IMG/VR virus record: IMGVR_UViG_3300030419_004148
Location: 1 to 64,000 of that record
Reading direction: 5' to 3' (one strand)
DNA: 64,000 nt
From: a virus
The notes beneath the pieces were generated by a model. That model was not told the origin of the DNA. It searched no databases and worked only from the letters and a program-made list of their open reading frames with translations. The position numbers were made by a program, and so were the translations under genes. Numbering within the stretch: position 1 is the stretch's first letter; every line of letters begins with the position of its first letter. Positions 17,152-27,043 of the stretch are shown piece after piece.

Positions 17152-19376
17152 AAATACCATTAATTGCTATGAGTAGTAATTATACTGTCAATAGAATGAC
17201 AGGTGAACAACAGATAATAGTCTGGACTAATGGTGAGAAAAGAATAATTAAATCTCCCAGAGAGCATTATTATTACGTTCCTAACGAAGAAGGTAATGAA
17301 TATAAAGTATTAGGAAGTAAAAACAGGAAATTTAAAAGACATCAGGTAAACAATGCACAAGAATTACACCCTGATAATATACCACCTTATGCTAAATTAG
17401 ACGGGGTTACTAACAATGAGATAGAAAGAATTTGTATAGAGCACCCTGATTTTTTTAATCAATACCCTCATAAAAACTTAAAGAGTTTGGGATTTGATTT
17501 AGAAGTTACTTCAGCAGACGGTTCTTTTCCTTTAGGTGAGAAGCACCCTATAGTAGCTATAGGATATGTTACTAGTGACGGTCATCGTGAATCTTTATTA
17601 TGGGATGGAGAAACTGATAAAGATATTATCGAGACCTTTGCTGATTTTATTAATGATTATGACCCTGATGTAATATATGGGTATAATTTGATAGGTTACG
17701 ACATACCTCAATTATTTGCTCGTGCTAAAAGGCACGGTATTAATCTTAAACCAAAACTAAACCGAGAAAATAACGCTTCATTTGGTTGGGAAACTGATTT
17801 TTCTTATCATAAAAAGACACGAATCCAAACGTGGGGTCGTGTAATTATTGATGTATATAATTTTACAAGTAGAGATTATGCTCTTGCTGGTATAAGAAAG
17901 AGATTAAAAGATGTAGCTAGGTTCTACGGACACGACCCTATAGAATTAGATTTTAGTGAGAAAGACATTTTAGATTATGATATAGACACAGTAAATGAAT
18001 ATGTTTTGAGTGATTGTGATATTACTAAATGGTTATTTAATCATTATTTTGTACAACATCAATATATTGCTGAAACTCTAGGAGTTCCTTTGGAATTATA
18101 CATTAATTCAGCAGATTCATTTATAACTAAAATATTACAAGGTAGAGATTTATACAAGAAAAAGATACTAACTATAGATAAAAATATAGATAGATACCCT
18201 GAGACTAAAAGTTTTCAAGCAGCACATATTGAATTATATATGCCGGGATTTCACAAAGAAAACTATAAAGTCGATTTTGCTTCTATGTATCCTAGTATAG
18301 CAATGACATTAAATTTAGGACCAGATACTACAAAAATTATAGAATATCAAGATTATGACATTTCTAAATTTAGTTGTAAGTTTAAAAATAATTGTATGTA
18401 TCTTACTATACCTGACAATGTTATAAATAAGAATGTTATAATTGAAGTAGACCAATCGTTTAAATCCGGACTTTATACTATGTGTAAAAACTTTAATCGT
18501 ATGAGAGAACCATTTAAGAAAATTAAAACACACGAAGCTAAAAGTAAATCTAATGGTCTTAAGATAATGGTGAATACATTCTATGGCGCAAATACAAATC
18601 CATATATGACTTACGGAGATATATCTGTAGGAGTTGCTATCACAGGCGTTGCTCGATGGTTAATAATGGGAGCTAAAAAATTAATAGAAATGAAATATGG
18701 TGAGAATTCAGTTGTATACATTCACACAGATGGTATTAATACAAACAAAGATATTGACGTTGATTGGGTTAATAAAGAATTACAAAAGGGTGTTGAAAGT
18801 TTTTTTACTGGAAGTGAACCAGAATGGGTCAAAGTAGATAAAGACGTTTTTAAAGAAGGAGTTTGGCTACAGATAGGTAATTACGTTTTAAGAAATGAAG
18901 ACGGCAGTTTAACAAAACACGGCTCAACATTTAAAGCAAAGACTCGTTCTCAATTTTATTTAAAAGTTTTAAAGAAGATTACTCTTGCTAGATTAGATAA
19001 TATTGTTAATGCAGAATTTGTTGAGGACTTATATGATTTTGATAATTATGTTCTAGAAGATTTTTTACAAACACGTTCTATGAATAGAAATATAGGAGAT
19101 TATGTTGGTGAAAATGAATTAGTTGTTCAATTAGCAAAGCAAGGAGAAGAACTTGGTATGCGAACTGGACCCGGAACTACATTTTATTATTATAAAGCAA
19201 AAGATAAATATTTATTAGAAGAAAGTGTAGAATCTTTAAACCAAATAGATATAAAGTATCATTGGGATATTATTAATAACCTACTAAAGAAATTTGGGTT
19301 AGAAACTTGGATAAGAAAAAAACCCAGCATTACTGTAGTAGATAGAAATCAACAAAGTTTATTGGAGTTTGTATGA
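17148..19376 (+). CDS. polB: family B DNA polymerase with 3'-5' exonuclease and C-terminal PIP box
   Basis: DLE, YNLIGYD and YVLSD exonuclease motifs; DFASMYPS, KIMVNTFYG, YIHTDG; C-terminus QQSLLEFV. Confidence 0.95.
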   Translation: MKIPLIAMSSNYTVNRMTGEQQIIVWTNGEKRIIKSPREHYYYVPNEEGNEYKVLGSKNRKFKRHQVNNAQELHPDNIPPYAKLDGVTNNEIERICIEHPDFFNQYPHKNLKSLGFDLEVTSADGSFPLGEKHPIVAIGYVTSDGHRESLLWDGETDKDIIETFADFINDYDPDVIYGYNLIGYDIPQLFARAKRHGINLKPKLNRENNASFGWETDFSYHKKTRIQTWGRVIIDVYNFTSRDYALAGIRKRLKDVARFYGHDPIELDFSEKDILDYDIDTVNEYVLSDCDITKWLFNHYFVQHQYIAETLGVPLELYINSADSFITKILQGRDLYKKKILTIDKNIDRYPETKSFQAAHIELYMPGFHKENYKVDFASMYPSIAMTLNLGPDTTKIIEYQDYDISKFSCKFKNNCMYLTIPDNVINKNVIIEVDQSFKSGLYTMCKNFNRMREPFKKIKTHEAKSKSNGLKIMVNTFYGANTNPYMTYGDISVGVAITGVARWLIMGAKKLIEMKYGENSVVYIHTDGINTNKDIDVDWVNKELQKGVESFFTGSEPEWVKVDKDVFKEGVWLQIGNYVLRNEDGSLTKHGSTFKAKTRSQFYLKVLKKITLARLDNIVNAEFVEDLYDFDNYVLEDFLQTRSMNRNIGDYVGENELVVQLAKQGEELGMRTGPGTTFYYYKAKDKYLLEESVESLNQIDIKYHWDIINNLLKKFGLETWIRKKPSITVVDRNQQSLLEFV

Positions 19377-19504
19377 AGGAAGTAAAAGCAATACCTGTAT
19401 GCCCTGATTGTAATTGCGTGATGTTTAAAAAAATATATCAATCAGATATACCAATGGAAGGATGGTCTTGCCCCGAATGCTTTATAACGAGGTGGGAACA
19501 ATGA
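19373..19504 (+). CDS. small zinc-ribbon protein (not in ORF track)
   Basis: MKEVKAIPVCPDCNCVMF...WSCPECFITRWEQ. Confidence 0.55.
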   Translation: MKEVKAIPVCPDCNCVMFKKIYQSDIPMEGWSCPECFITRWEQ

Positions 19505-19618
19505 AGAGTATAAAGGATATTTGGAACTACCCTGTAAGAATGAATGAAGCAATGTGGTATATTCTTATATCTTTTTTTATGATGATATGGATGTGGATGT
19601 TTATATGGGCGTGATACT

Positions 19619-20056
19619 ATGGCAAAAGTAAATGTAAAAAAGGACTACGATTGGGGACTAAAAAAAGAGAAGCAAGTGATAGACCATATTGGTGAAGCTT
19701 TAGGAAAAGGATTTGAAAAACTAGGCAAATTCGACCATTTTGATTATCTTGGATATAGAAATGGAAAACAATGTTATGTAGAAATAAAATCTAGAAGGAT
19801 ATCAAAAGATGCTTATGAAGAAACTATAGTTCCAGCCTCTAAAGTAGGTAAAGCGATAGAATTAATCGGTATGGGTCATAAAGTATTTTTTGTGATTTCT
19901 TTTACTAATGGTATAAGTTATTTAGATATGGCTAATGCTGATTTTAAACTAGGATATAATGCAAGAACTGATAGAGGAGCGTTGGAATTAAACCACTATG
20001 CTTTTATTCCGCTGCATCAATTTAAAACAGCAGAACCTTTAAATATAATGGATTAG
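19619..20056 (+). CDS. PD-(D/E)XK nuclease
   Basis: E...FDY...YVEIKSR. Confidence 0.7.
   Translation: MAKVNVKKDYDWGLKKEKQVIDHIGEALGKGFEKLGKFDHFDYLGYRNGKQCYVEIKSRRISKDAYEETIVPASKVGKAIELIGMGHKVFFVISFTNGISYLDMANADFKLGYNARTDRGALELNHYAFIPLHQFKTAEPLNIMD
20034..20049 (+). promoter_or_regulatory. putative late promoter AACCTTTAAATATAAT
   Basis: Exact 16-nt match to the minus-strand element at 42483-42498. Confidence 0.65.
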
Positions 20057-20088
20057 TATATTAATAAGTATACCGAGGTGGTATAAAA

Positions 20089-20283
20089 ATGGAAAATGAA
20101 AATGATAAAAAATTAGCATCCTTTCTTAAAGACGCAGAAGTAAAAGTTGTGTGGCGAGAAGAGGACAAAACAAAGGTCGGACGTGGACGTATAGTGAATG
20201 ACGATGAGAATTTTATTTACCTTACAGGTGAAAAGGGAACAGTCATAGTGAGTAAAAGCGACGTAATCGCAATAAAGCAGTGA
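20089..20283 (+). CDS. Sm/Hfq-like small protein (putative)
   Basis: 64 aa with a V.V......G.I...DENFIYL.....VIVSKSDVIAI beta pattern; GAGGTGG RBS. Confidence 0.5.
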   Translation: MENENDKKLASFLKDAEVKVVWREEDKTKVGRGRIVNDDENFIYLTGEKGTVIVSKSDVIAIKQ

Positions 20284-20293
20284 GAGTAAAATA

Positions 20294-21655
20294 ATGAAGA
20301 TAATGCCAATTAGTGATTCGCCTTGGGCTCCTACAGGATTCGGGACGAATACAAGAAATATAGCGTCAATTTTTGCAGAAGAAGGTCATACAATAGGTTA
20401 TGCTGGGTGTCAAAACGCAGAGCACAATCCTACTTGGGAAACACCGTGGCCTTTAGGTCAGGAAGAAAAAAAGGTATCTTTTGAGATATTACCTTTGATG
20501 TTTCCGGGTCAAGAAAAGTTTGGAGAAAAGTCTTTTCCTAAATGGATGGAAGGTTTCCAACCAGAATTAGTATTTACACACCTCGATATTCAAATGTTTG
20601 ATTATGTTACTAAAGGTAAAGTAATAACTGGAGTTAACATTCCTTTTGAAAACCAAGACGGTGGAGCAATAAACAGAGCAGAATTTATTAAAATAGCTAG
20701 AAAAGCATTTAAAACAGCTAACAAAGATAGATTTAAACTTGCCTCTATTATTCCAATTGATGGGCAACCTTCTATACCAGCGTGGATAGAAACAATTAAA
20801 CACGTTGATTATCCTATAGCAATGTCTTATTATGGTCAAACTGTAATGAGAGAAGATTTTAATGGATATGATTCTACTGTTATTTCCCACGGTGTAGATA
20901 CAGATTTCTTTAAACCAGTAGATATGCCTAAACCAAATGGTGCGTTTGTTGTGGGGTGTGTGGCACGAAATCAACACCGTAAAAACATACCACGTTTAAT
21001 GAGGTCATTTAAAATATTTGTAGAAGAAAATAACATTTCACCTGATGATGCAAAACTATTGTTGCATATGGATTGGACTGACCATATGGGATGGAATATA
21101 CAATATATGGCAAGTGAGCACGTATATGATATTGCTGATTATCTAATACCACCTACGATGGGTAATTTAGAAAAGGGCGAACACCCTGATGACCAAGGGA
21201 TGGTTGACATTTACAATATGATGGATGTTCACGGTTTGCCAACTGGTGGTGAAGGATTTGGTATTCCTACCGTAGAAGCAATGGCTTGTGGTGTTCCTAA
21301 TGTAATATGTAACTACACGACTAGTTATGAATTAGTGGGAGCAGACAAACCAGAATGTCCAACAGAAATGCTTATGCCTCACGGTTGGGATGGTGATGAT
21401 AATTTAATTGAAACTGATAGAGGTTTCCTAGTACCGTATAAAGATATAATGTGGGATACTCCTATTAGAGCAGCACCAAGACGTGCTATGTGGGATGAAC
21501 GAGCAGCAGCAAAAGCTTTTGAGTACTATTATAACAACCGTGATGTATGTAAAGAACACGGAAAGAATGCAAGAAAATATGCAGTTAAACATTATGACTG
21601 GATGAAAGCAATAGGACCGAAATGGAAGAAGTGGTTGAAAACAGTGAGAGTATGA
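20294..21655 (+). CDS. GT4-type (GT-B) glycosyltransferase
   Basis: PTGFG, HGVDTDFF, RNQHRKN, GEGFGIPTVEAMACG. Confidence 0.9.
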   Translation: MKIMPISDSPWAPTGFGTNTRNIASIFAEEGHTIGYAGCQNAEHNPTWETPWPLGQEEKKVSFEILPLMFPGQEKFGEKSFPKWMEGFQPELVFTHLDIQMFDYVTKGKVITGVNIPFENQDGGAINRAEFIKIARKAFKTANKDRFKLASIIPIDGQPSIPAWIETIKHVDYPIAMSYYGQTVMREDFNGYDSTVISHGVDTDFFKPVDMPKPNGAFVVGCVARNQHRKNIPRLMRSFKIFVEENNISPDDAKLLLHMDWTDHMGWNIQYMASEHVYDIADYLIPPTMGNLEKGEHPDDQGMVDIYNMMDVHGLPTGGEGFGIPTVEAMACGVPNVICNYTTSYELVGADKPECPTEMLMPHGWDGDDNLIETDRGFLVPYKDIMWDTPIRAAPRRAMWDERAAAKAFEYYYNNRDVCKEHGKNARKYAVKHYDWMKAIGPKWKKWLKTVRV

Positions 21656-22311
21656 AAACATATATATTCTATCATTGTACCACAATAGGTGATTATCACC
21701 AAAGGTTCTTAAAAACATATTTTAAGGCAAAATTATCAGGACTTGTAGATAGATGCACTCGATTTTTTGTTTGCATAAATGGTACTGAATCAGTTCAAAA
21801 TAATTTATTTGAAATAGATAGTAAAGTAAAAACTATTGTTGTTTCAGAAGAAAAATATCCTAATGAATCTATTACTATAAATACAATAAAAAGATTCTGC
21901 GATGATTTAGAAGATAGAGCAAATATATTATATATACATAATAAAGGAGTAACAAAGCCAAATGTACTCAACGTTCAAGAATGGGTAGATTATATGGAAT
22001 ATTTTGTTATAGAACAATGGGAAGATTGTTTAATGAAATTAAGAATGAATAGTAAATTATGTGTAGGAACTGAAGCAAAACACGGATTTGGTGGTGACCA
22101 ATGGCATTATTCAGGTGGTTTTTGGTGGGCACAATCAGAACATATAAAGACATTACCTTTATGTAGCAGTGGTTACTTTGATGCTGAACAGTGGGTATTG
22201 AAACCTCTAGATAAAAATGATTTCCATAGTTATATGGAATTGAATAAAGAACAAATGGGGTTTTATAACCATAAAATATCAAGGAAGGATTATGAAAATG
22301 TGGTTGAGTGA
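21652..22311 (+). CDS. putative glycosyltransferase
   Basis: ILYIHNKG and HYSGGFWWA motifs; inside the sugar cluster; ATGA-coupled start at 21652. Confidence 0.55.
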   Translation: MKTYIFYHCTTIGDYHQRFLKTYFKAKLSGLVDRCTRFFVCINGTESVQNNLFEIDSKVKTIVVSEEKYPNESITINTIKRFCDDLEDRANILYIHNKGVTKPNVLNVQEWVDYMEYFVIEQWEDCLMKLRMNSKLCVGTEAKHGFGGDQWHYSGGFWWAQSEHIKTLPLCSSGYFDAEQWVLKPLDKNDFHSYMELNKEQMGFYNHKISRKDYENVVE

Positions 22312-22386
22312 ATATGAAAGTCCGAATCATCTAGATGTAATGTTTTTCATTATATTCTTTTACCCTCTAGCTGTAGAATATTTAAA

Positions 22387-22749
22387 ATGGAGATTGGGAA
22401 TATGAATTTTGTGTTTGGATTAGAAGATGTAATATGCACACCTCACGCTGATTTTAATGCGTGTAGACCTATAGCTAATGTAACTCCGTTTATGCAATGG
22501 TTAAAGAAAAAGGGACATCACATTACAATATGGACAAAAAGATTAAACGATTTAGAATCTAAATTAAAAACTGAACAATGGTTACAGGCTCATCAAATAC
22601 CTTACGATAGATTAATATTTGATAGACCTAGAAAAGCTATTTTTGTAGATGAAACACCTTGTAATGCTAAATATTATACACATAGTGAAGATACTTATGT
22701 TGTTGCTGAATTATTTGAGGAATGGAAGTTAGATTTAGATGTTAGGTAA
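22387..22749 (+). CDS. HAD-fold protein with degenerate motif I
   Basis: FGLEDVIC in place of DxDGT; ITIWTKR..TEQWL..IPYDRLIFDRP..FVDE. Confidence 0.65.
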   Translation: MEIGNMNFVFGLEDVICTPHADFNACRPIANVTPFMQWLKKKGHHITIWTKRLNDLESKLKTEQWLQAHQIPYDRLIFDRPRKAIFVDETPCNAKYYTHSEDTYVVAELFEEWKLDLDVR

Positions 22750-23011
22750 AAACGGACCGTTAATGAAAGTGAAATGGCTAGATGCTGTAAATGAAAGAGG
22801 AATGAAAAAGATAAATGTAGAAGACCCAAGTGAACATTTGTGCTATTGTGAAACAATAGGAGAAGTGGTTGCACAAGATGAAAGAGCTATAATAATTACA
22901 TATCATTATACTGATTTTGATGGCGTAGATTTTATATGCATCCCTACTTCTTGGGTTGTTGAAATGGAGGAATTGACTTGTTTAGAGAATTCGGAATCCC
23001 AGCAAGGGTAA
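22739..23011 (+). CDS. small viral protein (VxWxDA...G...IP pattern)
   Basis: KVKWLDA...CETIGEVV...ICIPTSWV. Confidence 0.55.
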   Translation: MLGKNGPLMKVKWLDAVNERGMKKINVEDPSEHLCYCETIGEVVAQDERAIIITYHYTDFDGVDFICIPTSWVVEMEELTCLENSESQQG

Positions 23012-24048
23012 GAAAGTGTTATTCGACTGAAGATATATTAACATCCCTTGATGAATTTAATGGTAAAAGAAATTGTTACATTAGTGTATATGCGTTTTCT
23101 GAAATGGAAGGTAAGAAAACAAATTACGAAAGTGCCATTATCAATACTGTGTGGTTTGATTTTGACCATAATAAAGACGTTAGTAAATGTTTAAAAGATG
23201 TAAGAAAGTTATATAATCGTTTTTGTAAACCACGGAATTTATTACCACGTATATATTATACAGGTGGTAGAGGATTTCAAGTAAATATAGATTTTCCTTA
23301 TCCAATTGATTTACCAGTTAGTATAAAAAGACAAGCTATTAAAGATTTTTTATTCCATCTAAAAAAGAAATATACCTTAACTACTTTAGATGAACACTGT
23401 ATAGGAAATAGTGTATCTTGTTTACGTAGAATGCCTAATAGTGAATATTTAGATAAGAAAACCTTTGAACCAACTGGTAGAAGATGTATTCAAATAAGTG
23501 TTAAAGATTTACTAGAAAGGGATATGGATGACATTATGGAATTATCTACAGGTGATTATAAATGCAAAAGACCTGAAAGAAAAGATAATAAGACTATAAT
23601 AAAAGAATTATTATTTTTTGTATGTGACAATCTAGGAATTACTCACACACCTACTAATAGTGAAGATTATTTAATTAATGAAATAAATAAATCAAAAGGG
23701 TTTCAACCATCAATACAATATGTCGCTAATAACTTTAGATTACACCCTAGAAAATGTGTAATGGATATGATAAATAAAGCAATTGATGATAACAAATCAT
23801 CACATACGCAGAACAATATTATTGCGACTGAATTATTAAACTGTGGATGGAAAGCAGATGACATAGGGTTTATATTTAAATGTATATATAACGAGCCTGC
23901 CGGAGACTGGGGTTGGTATACTGACGATAACAAAGCAGGAATGCATATTAAGAACCTTTCAGCGAAAGGTATAAATAGGTATTCAAAGGATAGATTACTA
24001 GAGTTAAATGTATGTAAGAACAAGATTTGTTCTTGCGGAGGTAAATAA
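22978..24048 (+). CDS. archaeo-eukaryotic primase, PriS fused to a PriL/PriX-like C-terminal domain
   Basis: WFDFD, TGGRGFQV, LRRMPNS; Cys-containing C-terminal domain; GGAGG RBS with TTG start. Confidence 0.8.
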   Translation: MFREFGIPARVRKCYSTEDILTSLDEFNGKRNCYISVYAFSEMEGKKTNYESAIINTVWFDFDHNKDVSKCLKDVRKLYNRFCKPRNLLPRIYYTGGRGFQVNIDFPYPIDLPVSIKRQAIKDFLFHLKKKYTLTTLDEHCIGNSVSCLRRMPNSEYLDKKTFEPTGRRCIQISVKDLLERDMDDIMELSTGDYKCKRPERKDNKTIIKELLFFVCDNLGITHTPTNSEDYLINEINKSKGFQPSIQYVANNFRLHPRKCVMDMINKAIDDNKSSHTQNNIIATELLNCGWKADDIGFIFKCIYNEPAGDWGWYTDDNKAGMHIKNLSAKGINRYSKDRLLELNVCKNKICSCGGK

Positions 24049-24359
24049 TGACAAAAGTAGAGAAAAAAGTAAAAGACATCGAAGCTTGGATAGCAGATTT
24101 TGAGGAATCTAGCAATGAAAAATTAGTATTTAGTAATATTAATTTCTTAGTGAATCAATTAAAAAATATGGGTGACAGACTACAAGCTGTAGAACAATCA
24201 CACATACAACTAGAACAAGCATTACAACAAAATGCAAAAACCGTTCAAGATTTTATTGGCGACAATGAACTCGAAAAAAAGTGGAATAAATATTTAGAAG
24301 ATTTGCAAGAGGACGCTAACGATGCCACTGAAGAAGGGAAAGAGCAAGAAGACAATTAG
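24048..24359 (+). CDS. coiled-coil protein
   Basis: GGAGGT RBS, heptad pattern. Confidence 0.65.
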   Translation: MTKVEKKVKDIEAWIADFEESSNEKLVFSNINFLVNQLKNMGDRLQAVEQSHIQLEQALQQNAKTVQDFIGDNELEKKWNKYLEDLQEDANDATEEGKEQEDN

Positions 24360-24471
24360 TAAAAATATCCGAAAACTTAGAAAAGAAGGATATAAACCTA
24401 AACAAGCAGCAGCAATTGCGTATAATACTGCTGGGAAGAAAAAGCGCAAAACACCAAAAAGGAAACGATAA
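24322..24471 (+). CDS. small, very basic viral protein (not in ORF track)
   Basis: MPLKKGKSKKTISKNIRKLRKEGYKPKQAAAIAYNTAGKKKRKTPKRKR. Confidence 0.7.
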   Translation: MPLKKGKSKKTISKNIRKLRKEGYKPKQAAAIAYNTAGKKKRKTPKRKR

Positions 24472-24473
24472 AT

Positions 24474-24758
24474 ATGGTAAATACAACTGATTACAAGGTG
24501 ACAAGATACGAATGGTATCCTTCTGAAGAGCCTACCGGTATATGCGTAGGTTTTACAGCAACTTGTTCTCCTAATGGAAGAGCACAATACTGGGATACTG
24601 TAGTTGCTAGTGGAGCAACTGACGGAAAAACACAAGATGAAATTGTAGGTTTAGCTTGGGATGCTTTATCTGGAACTTGCGTTCCTTGGGGCGAAGCAAA
24701 CGAATCAAAATCATCATTAATAGGAACAACCTATAAGACAATAACCGGAAGTGCATAA
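24474..24758 (+). CDS. hypothetical protein (possible virion or fibre accessory)
   Basis: 94-aa Thr/Ser/Gly-rich ORF. Confidence 0.6.
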   Translation: MVNTTDYKVTRYEWYPSEEPTGICVGFTATCSPNGRAQYWDTVVASGATDGKTQDEIVGLAWDALSGTCVPWGEANESKSSLIGTTYKTITGSA

Positions 24759-24898
24759 TGGCTAAAGATGATAAAAAAGAAAAATCTGTAGAAGAAAAAA
24801 TTGAAGAAGTAGTGGAGGAAGTGAAAGAAGAAGGTGTAGATGTAGAAGTTACAAAAGAATCTACTGTTAAAAACGCCTCCTCTAACGCTTACGAATAA

Positions 24899-25129
24899 AT
24901 GGTTGCAAGTCCTGAAGAAGGAGCTGGCATAGTCAAAGCAATGCTTAGATACGTAGATGTAGATATGGCATTAGCAATAGTGGAAGATGTCTGGGAAGAA
25001 GTTGGAAAAGAAAGTAGTAATGAATCATTAAGAGATAGTATCTTACTATTAAAAGATTATTTAGAGGGACAATGGGAATACTCACTACCAATTCAAAGCG
25101 ATACCCAGTTTCAGGACAGCGGGTCGTAG
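24899..25129 (+). CDS. hypothetical protein
   Basis: 76-aa ORF. Confidence 0.55.
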   Translation: MVASPEEGAGIVKAMLRYVDVDMALAIVEDVWEEVGKESSNESLRDSILLLKDYLEGQWEYSLPIQSDTQFQDSGS

Positions 25130-25139
25130 TTGATTATAA

Positions 25140-25988
25140 ATGAACATAGCCTTAATATCATTCGATAGAGCAGACTACATTGAGTCAGTTCTTAAATCAT
25201 TAAAGCAACAAACATTTCAAGATTTTAAATTATATTGGTTTAATGACGGGTTAGTTAATAAATATTCTTGGAGAAGAGCAGCTGATTTAGTTAACGTTAC
25301 TAAATGTTGTGACTTAGCAAAGGAATATTTTCCTGACTGTGAAATATTTCTAAGTGATGCTAATATTGGTATCGCAGAAAATTGGAGACGAGCAGAAGTT
25401 CATATGTTCTATGATTTAGGATTGGACGAATGTGTTTTTATGGAAGATGACTTAGAATTAACGTCTCCTTATTATTTAGAAACATTAAACAATATGTTTG
25501 ATGCATTTAGAGATGACGAAGAAATAGGTATGTTTAGTGCATTTGGAGAGACTACCAGCGTTAAAACTCCCGGTGTTATGAAGAATATGGGGCACTTATG
25601 GGCCTTTGGAACTACAAAAAAGGCTTGGGAAAAAAGACAAGAGGTGTTTTATGATGAATATTATAACTTTGTTAAAGGCACAGATTTTGTATATAGAGAC
25701 CGTGATGGAATCAGAAAACTATATGAAAAGTATGGTGGTAAATGGGAAATAGCAGATAGCCAAGACGGTGCTATATGTTTAGCAAGTATGTTAGCAGACC
25801 AAATTCATATTAGTACTGAAGTTAATTTAGCTACATATATAGGGGAAGTTGGAATGCATTTCAATACACAGACCTATAATCATATGGGTTTCAATAGAAC
25901 ACCTTTATATAACGAGGGTGCCATTAAGGAATTTACAGTTGATAAAGAAAATATAAAAAAGATACAACGGAAGGAATTTTTAAAATGA
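25140..25988 (+). CDS. GT-A (GT2-like) glycosyltransferase
   Basis: FDRADY..VL.SL, ANIG, MEDD, WAFGT. Confidence 0.8.
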   Translation: MNIALISFDRADYIESVLKSLKQQTFQDFKLYWFNDGLVNKYSWRRAADLVNVTKCCDLAKEYFPDCEIFLSDANIGIAENWRRAEVHMFYDLGLDECVFMEDDLELTSPYYLETLNNMFDAFRDDEEIGMFSAFGETTSVKTPGVMKNMGHLWAFGTTKKAWEKRQEVFYDEYYNFVKGTDFVYRDRDGIRKLYEKYGGKWEIADSQDGAICLASMLADQIHISTEVNLATYIGEVGMHFNTQTYNHMGFNRTPLYNEGAIKEFTVDKENIKKIQRKEFLK

Positions 25989-27043
25989 GAACAGTCTTAA
26001 TTACAGGTATTGGAGGTTTAATGGGCGCTCGTATGGCTCATTGGATTTTAGAAAATACTAATCATAGAGTTGTTGGTATAGATGATTTATCTGGAGGATA
26101 TAAATCTAATATTCCTAAAAAGGCCAAATTTTACCACTTTGATTTATCCACCAATGCAATAGTATCTGGTGAAAAGGGCAATAATAGATATGGTGATTAT
26201 GGGTTAGAGTGGATTTTTGAACAAGAAAAACCAGATTTTGTATATCATTTTGCAGCTTATGCTGCCGAATGTCTAAGTCCTTTTATTAGAAGGTATAATT
26301 ACAGCAATAACTTACTATCTACAGCAAATGTCATAAATGAATGTATAAGGCACGATGTTAAAAGACTAGTTTTTACATCTTCAATGGCAGTATATGGAGA
26401 AGCTAATGACCCTCCATTCGATGAGTCTTATGAAAGGGCACCTAAAGACCCTTATGGTGTAGCTAAAGCAGGTTGTGAACTCGATATTGAAATTGCGGGA
26501 GTACAACACGGATTAGATTGGTGTATTATTAGACCCCATAACGTTTATGGTATTAAACAAAATATATGGGATAAATATAGGAATGTTTTAGGTATATGGA
26601 TGTATCAATTTTTAAACGATAAACCATTATTAATATATGGAGATGGAAATCAAAAAAGAGCTTTTAGTTACATTGATGATTGTTTGTTTCCTATGTGGAA
26701 GGCAGCAATTAAACCTGAAGCCAGCAAACAGATAATTAATTTAGGTGGAACACAAGAAGTAAGTATAAATGAAGCTTGTGAAACTTTAACAAAGGTATTT
26801 GATAATGATACGAGTGGTTATGCAGATAAACCAGTTAGAATAAAACATATGGAACCTCGACACGAAGTTAGACGTGCTTGGTCTACTTATCAAAAATCTG
26901 TAGATATATTAGATTATTCAGATAATACGAGTTTAGAAAAGGGATTAACTCAAATGTGGAATTGGGCAAAGACTCAACCAATGAAAAAAAGGAAGAAAAT
27001 GAAATATGAAATCGATAAAGAATTGTACTCTTATTGGAATTGA
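25985..27043 (+). CDS. NAD-dependent nucleotide-sugar epimerase/dehydratase
   Basis: ITGIGGLMG, TSSMAVYG, YGVAK, RPHNVYG. Confidence 0.92.
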   Translation: MRTVLITGIGGLMGARMAHWILENTNHRVVGIDDLSGGYKSNIPKKAKFYHFDLSTNAIVSGEKGNNRYGDYGLEWIFEQEKPDFVYHFAAYAAECLSPFIRRYNYSNNLLSTANVINECIRHDVKRLVFTSSMAVYGEANDPPFDESYERAPKDPYGVAKAGCELDIEIAGVQHGLDWCIIRPHNVYGIKQNIWDKYRNVLGIWMYQFLNDKPLLIYGDGNQKRAFSYIDDCLFPMWKAAIKPEASKQIINLGGTQEVSINEACETLTKVFDNDTSGYADKPVRIKHMEPRHEVRRAWSTYQKSVDILDYSDNTSLEKGLTQMWNWAKTQPMKKRKKMKYEIDKELYSYWN

